From NCBI GenBank assembly GCA_046293555.1, contig JBKBOT010000026.1, positions 1 through 21,502 of the forward strand: a stretch of DNA of 21,502 nucleotides, in the 5' to 3' direction. This document shows, piece by piece, positions 1-10,086 of the stretch. Source of the stretch: Pyrobaculum sp. GTDB lineage: Archaea; Thermoproteota; Thermoprotei; Thermoproteales; Thermoproteaceae. Position numbers and translations under genes: made by a program. Numbering within the stretch: the first letter of the stretch is position 1; each line of letters starts with the position of its first letter. The notes beneath the pieces are model-generated. The model was not told where the DNA came from and searched no databases. It worked only from the letters and a program-made list of their open reading frames with translations.

Positions 1-417
1 CTCCTCATGGCGCTGGCGGGAATTGCGGCGGGTCTAGGCCAGCCGGTGGTAAGGCGGCTAGAAGGCCGGCTGGACCCACGACGCGGCGCCGCCGTGGGGC
101 TTGTGGCCACCGCCGTTGGGCTCACCCAGCTGGCCCTGGCGCTTGAGGCAAGGCCGCTGCTATACGCCGGCGTGTTGACAGCAGCCTTGGGGCAAGTGGT
201 GGCAGGCGCCTTTATCTACACGCTGGTTTCTAAAACCCACGGCGGCTTGGGGCTAGGGCTGGGGGCCTTACAGTCGGCGGGGGCCCTCGGCAGAATTATA
301 GGGCCCTCCCTAGGGGGCTTTCTCTACGTCCACGTCAGCCCCACGGGGCCCTTCATAGCCGCCATGTTGGTAGTCGTGGCCGCAATCCCGTTTATATACC
401 TCCGCCCCCCCTCTTGA
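1..417 (+). CDS. MFS transporter, C-terminal part (5' end outside window)
   Basis: Frame open from base 1; consecutive hydrophobic helices; MFS-like C-terminal signature GALQSAGALGRIIGPSLGGFLY. Confidence 0.8.
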   Translation, partial: LLMALAGIAAGLGQPVVRRLEGRLDPRRGAAVGLVATAVGLTQLALALEARPLLYAGVLTAALGQVVAGAFIYTLVSKTHGGLGLGLGALQSAGALGRIIGPSLGGFLYVHVSPTGPFIAAMLVVVAAIPFIYLRPPS

Positions 418-476
418 CCTCGTTCTTGAGGCAGTCCGTGCCGCCTCGCTAATTTAATATACGCGTATTTAGCCCC

Positions 477-1073
477 ATGGAGGTAGACACGGCCGTGGTG
501 GGGCCTCTCGCCACAAACAGCTACCTGATATGTGAGAGAGATGAATGCCTGCTGGTAGACCCCGGCGGCGACGCCGCGGAGCTGCTAGGCCGTCTGGGCC
601 GCCGCGTCCTCGTCGCCATGGTGGCTACCCACCTCCATTTTGACCACGTGGCTGCCGTGGCCGCGGTGGCTGAAACCACGGGGGCCCCCTTCTACGCCCA
701 CCCCGCGGACTGGGAGGTATACAGAGAGCTAAACTCCATGGCGGAAGAATGGGGCTTCGAGCTGCCGGAGCTACCCGCCCCCAAGCCTCCTGGCGGCAGG
801 CTTTGGCGGCTAGAGGTGATACACACCCCGGGCCACACCCCGGGCTCCATATCTCTAGCTGGCGACAACTTTGTCCTCACCGGCGATACGCTTTTCCACA
901 TGTCCGTAGGGCGGACAGACCTGCCGTATGGCAGCTGGCGGCAGCTAGTCCAGTCGCTCTGCGCCCTGTTGAGACTACCTCCGGACTATGTGGTATATCC
1001 AGGCCACGGCCCCAGGACGTACATTGGAGTAGAGCGGAGGGAAAACCCCTACGCCCATTACTGCATGCGGTAA
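477..1073 (+). CDS. MBL-fold metallo-hydrolase (glyoxalase II-like)
   Basis: Motifs TNSYLI, LVDPG, THLHFDH (HxHxDH), HTPGHTPGS, TGDTLF, GRTDL, YPGHG. Confidence 0.93.
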   Translation: MEVDTAVVGPLATNSYLICERDECLLVDPGGDAAELLGRLGRRVLVAMVATHLHFDHVAAVAAVAETTGAPFYAHPADWEVYRELNSMAEEWGFELPELPAPKPPGGRLWRLEVIHTPGHTPGSISLAGDNFVLTGDTLFHMSVGRTDLPYGSWRQLVQSLCALLRLPPDYVVYPGHGPRTYIGVERRENPYAHYCMR

Positions 1074-1687
1074 GCCGCCTCCCAGAACTCCAGCTCGTAC
1101 TCCGCGGCCGTCTTGAAATACGGCAGGAGCCTCCTGGGCTCTGCCCCAGCCAGAGCCCTTTTTACCCCCTCTACCAACGCCCTATATTCCGAGGTTAGAT
1201 ACGTAGAGGCCCACTTGACGTAAAGCTCCACCCTATTTTGTCTCAACTTATCTCGATGGGCCTCCGCAATGTCTAGATAAGTCCAGAAACATGGCGCCAC
1301 CGCCGCCATGCAGGCATAAAAGTCCTCCAGGGCGCAGGTAGAAAGGAGAAAAGCCATGTAGGCCCTGTTCACCCAGTTGGGCTCTGTGGCCACCGCCTGC
1401 TCTACCGAAAGCCCCACCTCTTGCAAAAACCTCTCGTAGTTAGCCATCTCCCCCGTCGCAGTGCCATAGGCGAGGCTAAGCGCCATTTTCATCTCGCCCA
1501 CGCCAGGCGCCCTGGCGGCCGCCAGAGAGAGTGCCCTGGCGAAATTGACAAGATAGAAATAGTCCTGTAGGAGGTAATAACGGAATTTCTCCAACGGGAG
1601 CACCCCGCCATATAGCTCCACCACAAAGGGGTGACGTAAGATCTTCCCCCACAACTCCCCAACCCCCCTACGCAACTCCTCAGCCAT
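1058..1687 (-). CDS. tenA: TenA family protein (thiaminase II / aminopyrimidine aminohydrolase)
   Basis: HPFVVELYGGVLPLEKFRYYLLQDYFYL, PCFWTY (catalytic Cys), WASTY, YELEFWEAAY. Start reassigned to ATG 1687 (MAEEL) because the ORF-track extension is AT-rich promoter sequence. The 3' end overlaps the convergent MBL gene. Confidence 0.9.
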   Translation of the reverse strand: MAEELRRGVGELWGKILRHPFVVELYGGVLPLEKFRYYLLQDYFYLVNFARALSLAAARAPGVGEMKMALSLAYGTATGEMANYERFLQEVGLSVEQAVATEPNWVNRAYMAFLLSTCALEDFYACMAAVAPCFWTYLDIAEAHRDKLRQNRVELYVKWASTYLTSEYRALVEGVKRALAGAEPRRLLPYFKTAAEYELEFWEAAYRMQ

Positions 1688-2133
1688 GTAGATAAAGACA
1701 CATATAAAAATAAAGACGCTGGGATTTAACGGGAATAAAAAGAGTGTCAAGAAGGTGCGATTATTACCAACAACGCCGGAAAGCTGTATTGCTCACTGTT
1801 TATCCCAATAGCCACAAGCCAACACGCAGAAGTGTCCACCCCGCCTTTATAGCTAGCGGCACCGGGCTACAACACCACTGGTACCTTTCGCCAAGAGTTC
1901 TAACGGCTTGGCCCCACGAGTGAAGACAAAACTGCGGCCCAAAAGGGAACGACCCCCCAATGCTCTCAGCAGGCACCATCGGTAAGTAACGTGCCAATGG
2001 AGAGTCGGCAGTCACCACATATCGACAAAGGGGCCAATAAGCCCAAATGATCTTCACGCCCCCAGTCAGCGCGGTTGGTGGTTAGACCACGTGAGGAACT
2101 TTAACAAGAAGGATGGAAGACGATGTGAAAACT

Positions 2134-2150
2134 GAAAAAAAGAGGGGGTT
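2134..2150 (-). terminator. Pyrimidine/T-tract terminator
   Basis: Minus strand reads TAA-AA-CCCCC-TC-TTTTTTT at the stop of the 49-aa ORF. Confidence 0.55.
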
Positions 2151-2300
2151 TTATGCGATTAGTTGCCAACTTACCCAATACAGTATCCCCAACAGTATTG
2201 CAGCCAATATTATGCTGCCAGCCACGAGTTTTTTCTCTACTGGCAGGATTGGCTCTACCACCCTCTCCACCTTACCCTCGGTCTTTTCTTTCTCTGTCAT
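2151..2300 (-). CDS. 49-aa single-TM membrane protein co-transcribed with the YeiH-family transporter (not in ORF track)
   Basis: Manual translation MTEKEKTEGKVERVVEPILPVEKKLVAGSIILAAILLGILYWVSWQLIA*. ATG is 1 nt after the upstream stop, preceded by GAGGT, and the stop is followed by a C-run/T7 terminator-like tract. Confidence 0.8.
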   Translation of the reverse strand: MTEKEKTEGKVERVVEPILPVEKKLVAGSIILAAILLGILYWVSWQLIA

Positions 2301-2301
2301 A

Positions 2302-3792
2302 TTACCTCAAGAAGAAGTGGTGTACGTCGTGGAAGAATATCCAGCTGATAGCTAACCCGATCCATATTATGAAGCCAAATAGCGCTATGAAGTACACCGC
2401 CGCCAGTTTCCCGTAGCCCTCTTTACGCAAGGTGGAGAAATCTGTAACTAGCCCAATGCTGAAAAAGGTAAGCGCGAAGAACATCTTCCTAAATACGTCT
2501 GTCTGCTTTGTGGCGTCGTCAAATGGCTTTAATGCCTTCTTGGTCGCATCTGGCACCTTCTCTGGCGGAAGCCCCGCGGTGGCTGCGCTCACCGCCGCAG
2601 AGGCGAGAGCCAGCAACACAAAGAACGTGACGAAGTAGCCAATGACGAACTTGGGGAATCTAAACCAGATCTCTATCTTTCTCACCTTCTCCCCCGGCCT
2701 TCTATCAATGTAGTAAACCCAAATAACTGCGAGAATGAACGCCCAAACTCCAATAAATATGTCTATAAATAGCTTCACCATAACTCCCGCGTTTAGTATC
2801 CAGCCTTTTAACGGCTCGTATTGTGGATTTGTGCCGACAATTAGGGCGTCTACAATACTGGCGCTGGCAGCCGCGGCGCCGTCTGTCTTAACGGCTAGAC
2901 CCATCCAAGCTCCCGCCACTAGCGGCTGGTGTGCTAAAAACACCGCTGCCACAATGGGCAGGATTACTAACTCAACTGCCGCAAATACGACAACTAGCGA
3001 GGCGACCATGATGGGCACCACCGGCCTTGCTCTTATCGCGGCGGCGGTGGCTATGGCGGCAGATACGCCACATATGGCAATTCCAGACGCCAGTGGCGCA
3101 GCCCACTCTCTACTAAATTTAAAGAATTTACGAGCTACGAAGTAAGTAAGGGCCCAGTAGATTAAATACGCCTCTATAATTGCGGCAACGCCCCTGAAGA
3201 AGAAGTTAGCTAAAACTCTTGGGTCGATGGTAACAGCCTTCACGCCCACTATTGCGCCCAGGAGGACAATGGCAGTTTTTATAAACCACTCAGGTCTAGC
3301 CGCCTCTCTTAACTTTTCTGCAAACTTCCTGAAGAAATTGCCAATTATCAAGCCGAGAATTAAGGCAAAGAGATAACCAAACTCTCCAGTCAGTCTTAAA
3401 CTCCAGGGGATGCCAGATTTGGCGGGATCGGTAGAGGCGATGTAGGCATAGTGGCCAATTACCCAACATAACATCGTGAGGAAGAAAATTACCGTAAAGC
3501 CTAACGCAAATCTCTTTAAATTCCACCCCATGGCGGCTGCGCCAATAGAGAGGATGGCTAGAAACACTATGTAGGTAACAATCAGGGAGCCCAAACCCCC
3601 GAGATACTCATACGCCTTTGAGATCGGCACTATTGCCTTTGCCGGATCAACCCATTCTATTACATTAGCCGCCCACCCCAAGACGTTATAGCCATAGACG
3701 TATAACAGCCCTAGGAAGAATATAAGCAAGCCAAGCCACAACGCCCACCAGTCCTCTTTCTTCCACAACGAACTCCAATCGATAGAGGACAT
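2302..3792 (-). CDS. YeiH/UPF0324 family (putative sulfate exporter) membrane transporter
   Basis: Polytopic 496-aa protein with EDWWALWLG, RPEWFIKTAIVLLG, ASGIAICGVSAAIATAAAI, AGAWMG, RFPKFVIGY. Confidence 0.88.
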   Translation of the reverse strand: MSSIDWSSLWKKEDWWALWLGLLIFFLGLLYVYGYNVLGWAANVIEWVDPAKAIVPISKAYEYLGGLGSLIVTYIVFLAILSIGAAAMGWNLKRFALGFTVIFFLTMLCWVIGHYAYIASTDPAKSGIPWSLRLTGEFGYLFALILGLIIGNFFRKFAEKLREAARPEWFIKTAIVLLGAIVGVKAVTIDPRVLANFFFRGVAAIIEAYLIYWALTYFVARKFFKFSREWAAPLASGIAICGVSAAIATAAAIRARPVVPIMVASLVVVFAAVELVILPIVAAVFLAHQPLVAGAWMGLAVKTDGAAAASASIVDALIVGTNPQYEPLKGWILNAGVMVKLFIDIFIGVWAFILAVIWVYYIDRRPGEKVRKIEIWFRFPKFVIGYFVTFFVLLALASAAVSAATAGLPPEKVPDATKKALKPFDDATKQTDVFRKMFFALTFFSIGLVTDFSTLRKEGYGKLAAVYFIALFGFIIWIGLAISWIFFHDVHHFFLR

Positions 3793-3894
3793 GTAAAACC
3801 CTTTGGCTTAGATTTATAAGTTTTATTACCGATAAACTCAGTAATATTAATTATTTATGTTTCTATAAAAAATTATGTATACACATATATATAT

Positions 3895-3910
3895 TTATCA
3901 AATTTGATAA
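3895..3910. promoter_or_regulatory. Perfect 16-bp palindrome, candidate transcription-factor operator
   Basis: TTATCAAATTTGATAA in the AT-rich divergent intergenic region between the YeiH transporter and radical SAM genes. Confidence 0.5.
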
Positions 3911-4017
3911 TACCTTTTCTAAGTGTAGACATAGTGATATAAATAGATAATGTTAGATAAAAATATATATTTTTGGACGTGGTCGCTCAGTATAAATATA
4001 TATTTCAATTATTAAGT

Positions 4018-4995
4018 GTGATTGCCCAAGTGGAGGTGTCTACACACTGTAACGCCATGTGTACCTACTGTCCAGTAACTATTTACCGCAGCCAGTGGGA
4101 TAGCCGTTTTATCGACACTACACTCTTCTCTAAAATAATACATGAGGGCATTGATATCATTAAACATATACATTTACAAGGTTGGGGAGAGCCGTTATTA
4201 CATCCACATTTTTCACATTTATTAAAAGAGGCAAGTCGTCTCTACAAGACAAGCTTTACTACAAACGCCACTCTGCTAAGCCGCCTGGCAGATAGAATAA
4301 TTGAGGCAGGGGTAGACGTGATGGCAGTCACCTTCGCCGGCGCTAAAGAGGAGACACACGACAGAATTAGAGTAGGGAACCCACTACGCTTGGTGACTCA
4401 CAACCTCAAAGCCTTTATAGAGAGAGCTAGATCCAATAAGCCACATGTCGTTGCTATATACATGATGTTAAGAGATACAGTAGAAGAATTGCCGCAATTT
4501 GTCGACCTAGCCGCCGCCATAGGTGTAGACGAAATTAGGTTAAGCAATCTGAGCTATATCCCACACCCAGATCTCTGGCACCTAAAGGTATACTCGCCTT
4601 TCTTCAAGCCGCCGCCACCTCACGTCTTGTCTATAATTCAGACGGCTAAAGAAAAAGCGGAGAAATACGGCATAAAGATATCCCATAGAAACTACACGCC
4701 TATAGAACACGTGGAATGTCCCGAATCCCCCACCACAACAATATACATAGACGTAAAGGGAAATGTGGCCCCATGTCCTTACCTCAGCCTAACTGGGGCT
4801 ATTAGATGTTTTGAGGGGAAATGTGAAAAACTACCCAAAGTGACATACGGCAACCTATATGAGAGTAGCCTCAAAGAGATATTAAAAAGTCGAAATTTCA
4901 AAATTTTTACAGATAAGTTTAGAAAACGTACAAACGAGTTATTTGCCCCACCCCCAGATGAATGTACAAAATGCTACCGGCTGTATTGGATCTAA
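4018..4995 (+). CDS. Radical SAM protein with C-terminal SPASM/Twitch domain
   Basis: CNAMCTYC (CxxxCxxC), LQGWGEPLLHP, FTTNATLL; C-terminal C..P...IYIDVKGNVAPC, YGNL, CTKC. Start set at GTG 4018, 27 nt after TATAAATA (3991). Confidence 0.88.
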   Translation: MIAQVEVSTHCNAMCTYCPVTIYRSQWDSRFIDTTLFSKIIHEGIDIIKHIHLQGWGEPLLHPHFSHLLKEASRLYKTSFTTNATLLSRLADRIIEAGVDVMAVTFAGAKEETHDRIRVGNPLRLVTHNLKAFIERARSNKPHVVAIYMMLRDTVEELPQFVDLAAAIGVDEIRLSNLSYIPHPDLWHLKVYSPFFKPPPPHVLSIIQTAKEKAEKYGIKISHRNYTPIEHVECPESPTTTIYIDVKGNVAPCPYLSLTGAIRCFEGKCEKLPKVTYGNLYESSLKEILKSRNFKIFTDKFRKRTNELFAPPPDECTKCYRLYWI

Positions 4996-5655
4996 CCACT
5001 GTCCCCCACGGCGTCACAGATAACGCAGAGGTCTCTGTAACTACCACGGCGTGACAGCCCACTTTAGACACGCCTTGCGATAATTGCCACCGGCTCTTGA
5101 CGAAATCCCCCGTAAGTCAGTATATTATCACTTCGCCCACTTTAAATTCCCACAACGCCCTAATCATTCACCACATCTCGAAAAGGCCTCGGCATGGAGT
5201 ACTTCATAGTAAAAAGCTGGCTCTACGTGAAGAGGGCGAGAGTGAAGACAAAAAAGGTCACAACGCCGGGGGCTTTACGTGGACTTAGCGAGTGAGCTTC
5301 CTAGCCGGCATGTAGTCTCTATCCACGGTCCAAGCAGACGACTGCTTGCTAACGTCCTTTACGACATCATAGGATTCACAGTATTGTCGCTATCCCAGAT
5401 TATATCAAAGTCCCAACGCCTTCACTATAAATCTCAACGTGTCGACACCCCCGGCGTCAGATCTCACCAAAAGCGCCTCCTAGCCACTACCCCCACTATA
5501 TTCTTCTTTAATATATTATTCTCACGCCGTACTTACAACTTATGTATACAACAGCCGACCCCCAAAACGCGTTAAAAGCCTCAACGCCCCACTGGAGACA
5601 CGCCAGAAGGACAAACCAGAGTAAAATATTTAAAGTCTATTCGTCCGCCAGGGTT

Positions 5656-6016
5656 ATGGCGTTGGTGCTCCTATTTGAAAACGCCAGATGAGCTAAAAGA
5701 ACTTACGCAATATGGTGTAAACCTCATGTCGCTATTTGAATGTACCAACATAGCCGATCTCAACGCGATTAGAGACAAGTTCGTTATAGTTGTAGAAAGT
5801 CCACAACTCGCAGAAAGACTCGGCGTTGTTAACATCACGCTAAAAGAGGCATATGAGTACTTACAGCTATTAAAAAAACACCCCCGTGACAAAAAGTCCA
5901 CACCCCACTCTTCTTCCCAAGGGGTGTTATATATAACATCTACAGCTAAGCTCGTAGGAAGTTCCGATAGTTATCAGACCCCCACAAAAGGCCTTACAGC
6001 CAAGCTTGCCATTTGA
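5656..6016 (+). pseudogene. Small hypothetical gene with a +1 frameshift near the start
   Basis: TTTAAA at 5629 is 27 nt before ATG 5656 (MALVL). Removing one C at 5670-5671 joins it to the frame YLKTPDELKEL...VIVVESPQLAERLGV. Pseudogene or sequencing error. Confidence 0.45.
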
Positions 6017-6113
6017 GCCCTGCTGGAGACAGGTGTTGCCAGACGTCCTGGCGGCAAGTCTGGATTGAAAACGCCGTAGGGAGACCTCGCGAAAAAACAG
6101 TAAAACGTAACTA

Positions 6114-6330
6114 ATGGAAAACAAAGAAGGGGCCCAAGCCACAAAGCCGAGGAGATATCGTCACCTCTACGTATGGGCGAAGACGCCACAAGAGGCGGGG
6201 TGGAGTATGGCGATGGAATAGCTACGGGGCGCCACAAGATGTGAAATACGACGTCGTGCTAACGGCAGGGTGATACTTGTGGAGATAGCCACATCGAGAG
6301 ACGTTGTAAAATAGAGGAGTTAAGGTAAGA
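6114..6330 (+). pseudogene. Possible decayed remnant of a DUF3782-like PD-(D/E)XK nuclease-domain gene
   Basis: Fragments in different frames (QEAGW; VKYDVVL; GRVILVEIA) recall the VExDVVxxxGxxILVEI core of crenarchaeal coiled-coil/nuclease families; several stops and frameshifts. Confidence 0.3.
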
Positions 6331-6691
6331 TCCGCCGTATATACACAACAGAGATCCGGTAGGTGGGGGTATTTACAAATAATAGCTCTATGCCCCCCAT
6401 AAGTGGTGATATATGTCGTTATACACTTATCTATGTGCTCAGTTTTATTCCCGCCAATGACCACAGGGCCTCTCACTGTGGCACATAGCTCCCATGGCCG
6501 ATATCTGCTGCTGACACCGAGATGGCCGCTGCCTTCTGGCCGCCGGCGGTTAGTTCTACCGCCATAAACGCCACTCCAGACGACACACGCCGTCTTTCCA
6601 CCACGCCGCCCCGCCGATTTCACCACGACCACCTGTCGATTACCGCCGGGCCTTTAAACAGAAAGGCTCTCAATAACCACTACCCGCCGGC

Positions 6692-7444
6692 TCACGCCAC
6701 GACGCCAATAAACCTCAGGGCCACATATGTAAACAACAGCCCGAAGGCAGTCTTTAGAAGCCTAGCGGGGGCCCGCGAGGCGGCCCAAGCCCCCAGCTGC
6801 GCCCCCGCCAGAGACCCCACGCCGAGAGTCAAGGCGTCTACCACATCTACAAACCCCTGCCCCACTTTAAACGCCGCACTTACGAGAGCCATAGGCAGGA
6901 AGGCAACCATCGACGTCCCCACGGAGAGCCTCATGGAGAGGCCCAACAGGTAGATATAGGCGGGGACGAGGAGGAAGCCGCCGCCCACCCCGAACACCCC
7001 CGCGGCGGCCCCAGCCGCAAGCCCAACGGCAAGAGACCCCCAACGCCCCACACGCCGCCTCGGGCTCCCAACTCCCCTCACCCCCTCGTACACCATCCGC
7101 AAGGCGGTGTACAGCAGTAGAAACCCCAGCCCCACCTCAAGAGCTCCAGCCATGCCAGCCAGGTGGGGAAACGCCAGCGACCCCGCCACAGACCCCACCA
7201 CGCCGCCGGCCCCCGAGCGGAGAGCCACATCTCTCTCCACATTGTGCCGCCACATGTGGCCAGCCGAGCCGGAGACGGCGGTTAACACCACAGCCACGAT
7301 GCTAGTCCCCACCGCCACGGCCATGGGCAAATTCAGCCAAAACACCAAGAGCGGCAACATCACCACACCCCCGCCAATTCCCAGCAGGCCGCCTAACACC
7401 CCCGCCGCCAGCCCCACGAGGGATAGTAAAAACAGGTCAGCCAC
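6692..7444 (-). CDS. Sulfite exporter TauE/SafE family protein
   Basis: Two internal repeats GGLLGIGGGVVMLP...AVGTS and GVFGVGGGFLLVP...SVGTS; GAQLGA; about 250 aa with multiple TMs. Confidence 0.9.
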   Translation of the reverse strand: MADLFLLSLVGLAAGVLGGLLGIGGGVVMLPLLVFWLNLPMAVAVGTSIVAVVLTAVSGSAGHMWRHNVERDVALRSGAGGVVGSVAGSLAFPHLAGMAGALEVGLGFLLLYTALRMVYEGVRGVGSPRRRVGRWGSLAVGLAAGAAAGVFGVGGGFLLVPAYIYLLGLSMRLSVGTSMVAFLPMALVSAAFKVGQGFVDVVDALTLGVGSLAGAQLGAWAASRAPARLLKTAFGLLFTYVALRFIGVVA

Positions 7445-7497
7445 AAGCCCGCTATAGACACACTATAAAAATATTAAATAGACAACTCAGCAAAGAC

Positions 7498-8112
7498 GTG
7501 GCTAGGTACATACTCATACCTATCGCCGCCGGCGCGCTACTTATGGCAATTGCCATCCTGGCAGACCTCTACGCCAACCCCATCATGTCAATAGCCATAC
7601 TGGGGGCGGCAATAACCCTGGTTTCCTACCTAGAACATCGGGTGGTAACCAAGATGTACTACATGGATTACCTCAAGAGGGTAGAGAAAAAAATTCCAGA
7701 CGCCCCCAGCGGCAGGCCGTACTTCTTCGTAGAAAGCCGCCGGGTCTATATCGCAATACCTACATGGGGCGGCGTGGCCACTCTCGACGCCCCACTCCCA
7801 CCAAGATTCATAAAACCCAGAAAGAAAACCCTAGAGGAGAGCCTACAGGCAGCACTATCCACAGTAGGTAAAGACATAGAGATGTACAACTGGGGCAATA
7901 CGGTAGTCATAAAGATGCGGCACCTCGGCATAGAGACGCCACCCAAGTTCAGACAGACAATAGGCACACTAGAAGCCGCCATGGCGGCGGCAATAATAGC
8001 CACGATAACAGGACAACCCACACAGATAGAACACGACGAAGAAGAAAGAGAAGCAGAAAACATCACCACCAGAAAAATAGTAATAAAAACCAGCCCCTCC
8101 TCTCAACACTAA
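7498..8112 (+). CDS. Hypothetical protein with two N-terminal TM helices
   Basis: 204-aa ORF divergent from the TauE gene across an AT-rich promoter region; hydrophobic N-terminus. Confidence 0.7.
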   Translation: MARYILIPIAAGALLMAIAILADLYANPIMSIAILGAAITLVSYLEHRVVTKMYYMDYLKRVEKKIPDAPSGRPYFFVESRRVYIAIPTWGGVATLDAPLPPRFIKPRKKTLEESLQAALSTVGKDIEMYNWGNTVVIKMRHLGIETPPKFRQTIGTLEAAMAAAIIATITGQPTQIEHDEEEREAENITTRKIVIKTSPSSQH

Positions 8113-8972
8113 ACACCACCCACGCCACCGGCCAGCCCAACGGCAGCCCGCCCGAGGCCACCACGCGACACGGTTTGCCCCCACTTTTACAGACGCCGAG
8201 ATTTATCTAGCCAGCGCCGCCGGGCTGATTCAACCGGCTGAACCAGCCACGCCGAGGCCCCCTCCACGTCTATGAGGCCCCCGGAGCTAGATAGAGCCCT
8301 CGCCCCAGCTCACGGCCATCAAAATGCTGTGGTGGAGGCACGCCCGTACCCCCCTTGGCCACCGCGGGAGATATGAAGACATATAATGCTCTTTAGTGGC
8401 CAGCTCGTTGGCTTATATATAGCCACACCCCCCTCCGCCGGCGCCTTGACCACGTCCCCCACCTCGCCTCTATACTGTCGTCAACACCCCCCCAGCCCCT
8501 CGCGGCTCAGCCCCGGCCTGGACACCATTTAGGCCTGTGGTGTACCTCTAAAGCCCGCCGTAGTTAACATTTTAACTCCGTCTGTCCAAAGGGGGCGTTG
8601 GTGGCGGGAGTGGTGGCGTGTATCACCTCCCCACGGCGTAGACTTTGAAAACCTGGCGGGGCTTTTCACTTCTGTCAACACCCTATCCCCACACTTCTTG
8701 AGAAAAAGAAAGTCCCCAGCCGCTCTACAGTCCACATCTACCATAGGACATAAAGGCAACTCACAGGAGGTATGTCTATGGAGACAAAATAGCCACGCCG
8801 CGTGGCGACAAGGTGCTTTGTAAACCGCATTCTGGCTAAAGACATCACGCGGTTGCCACACTCCCACGCCGACTTCTCTAAATTTTTATATTGATTCTTT
8901 AAAGTTTATCTATGTTTTAAACTATATATTTATAATGGAAAAATATTTATATTAGTTAGTTTTATTAAAAAC

Positions 8973-10085
8973 ATGAAGAAGGTATATCTGGTCATAATAA
9001 TTGTGGTTATTATAGTAATTGCGGCAGTCCTCTTACTAACCACAATGTCCAAAGGGCCTTCTCCCGCGCCTGGACTGGTTTATAAAGGGTCTAAGGAGTA
9101 CTCTTTGCCTAGCTACTACTACCAGTGGTTAAACATACCGACACAAGTCGCCGTCAGGACTTATTTTGTGGAAGGTGTAAACGCGGCAGAGGTTTTAAAT
9201 TGGTATAAGGCAGAGCTGCCACGTGTGGGTTATGAAATTCTCCAGCCGCCTGTAATCCAAACTCTTTCAACACCTCAAGGCTCTTTAGAATGGGGACTTC
9301 TTATAGCTAAGAGAGGCGATATGGGCCTTGGGGTTTGGGCTGTCAGCGGGGCACAGGTGGCGGTAGAGGGCAGACGAGGCACGTTATATCTCGTGGCTGA
9401 AGGTAACATCAAAGAATTTGTGCCGCCCGAGACCTCGACTCCTGGCGAAAAACTACCGCCGACAGACTTGGCAAGTGGAGAAGAGCCAATAGAGAGATAT
9501 CCAGGTTCTAAAATGCTCACCTACCAGAAGAGCGAGGGCTTCCCCACAGTCATAATAATTGACTACGGGACGGCAGACAACATGCAGAAAGTGGCGGAGT
9601 GGTATAAGAAGGAGCTTCAGCTCAAAGGCTGGGATATAAAAGACGAGCGGAGAAGTGCAGAAAAAATCTCTCTACATCTCATAAAAGAGAGAGAGGAGCT
9701 GGGGGTAGTAATCTACGCCCCAACAAGCGAGAGAAGCTACACCTCGATATCTATCCACTACGGCTTGTATAAACTCCCCACTAGAGACTTGGCAAGTGGA
9801 GAAGAGCCAATAGAGAGATATCCAGGTTCTATAATGCTTAGACACTCCTCGACGACGTACATGGGCGTGAAGATGATAGACATAACATACGCCACCCACG
9901 ACGGCGTAGATAAAGTAGCCTCGTGGTACGACAGCTATCTGGCGGCGAACCAATGGCAAGTCGCCACGTCGTCGGTGTCAGACGGGGCAAAGACAGTCAC
10001 CGCCTTTAAGAAAAAGGCATTTATCTCACTCACTGTCTCGCCAAAGGCAGGCTACACCGAGATAAATATTGTATACCAAGGCTAG
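8973..10085 (+). CDS. Membrane-anchored extracellular protein with three repeated ~105-aa domains
   Basis: MKK plus hydrophobic anchor; three units with Y(P/K)GS...V..WY...L...(G)W/Y pattern; AT-rich TATA region upstream. Confidence 0.85.
   Translation: MKKVYLVIIIVVIIVIAAVLLLTTMSKGPSPAPGLVYKGSKEYSLPSYYYQWLNIPTQVAVRTYFVEGVNAAEVLNWYKAELPRVGYEILQPPVIQTLSTPQGSLEWGLLIAKRGDMGLGVWAVSGAQVAVEGRRGTLYLVAEGNIKEFVPPETSTPGEKLPPTDLASGEEPIERYPGSKMLTYQKSEGFPTVIIIDYGTADNMQKVAEWYKKELQLKGWDIKDERRSAEKISLHLIKEREELGVVIYAPTSERSYTSISIHYGLYKLPTRDLASGEEPIERYPGSIMLRHSSTTYMGVKMIDITYATHDGVDKVASWYDSYLAANQWQVATSSVSDGAKTVTAFKKKAFISLTVSPKAGYTEINIVYQG
9464..9831 (+). repeat. Perfect 47-bp intragenic direct repeat (9464-9510 and 9785-9831)
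   Basis: AGACTTGGCAAGTGGAGAAGAGCCAATAGAGAGATATCCAGGTTCTA twice, offset 321 bp (107 codons), encoding DLASGEEPIERYPGS. Confidence 0.95.
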
Positions 10086-10086
10086 T

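Noticed and set aside
1690-2130. TPP riboswitch upstream of tenA
   Set aside because: The TPP consensus elements were not found together in the right arrangement, and a TATA-like tract right before the ATG implies a leaderless mRNA.
8113-8530. GC-rich stretch as SRP RNA or RNase P RNA
   Set aside because: No recognisable SRP helix 8 or RNase P P4 consensus; more likely decayed coding sequence.
8529-8867. Minus-strand 112-aa ORF with DFLFLKKCGDRVLTEVKS resembling a PD-(D/E)XK motif
   Set aside because: The match is too short and the rest of the ORF is not protein-like; possible remnant but unsupported.
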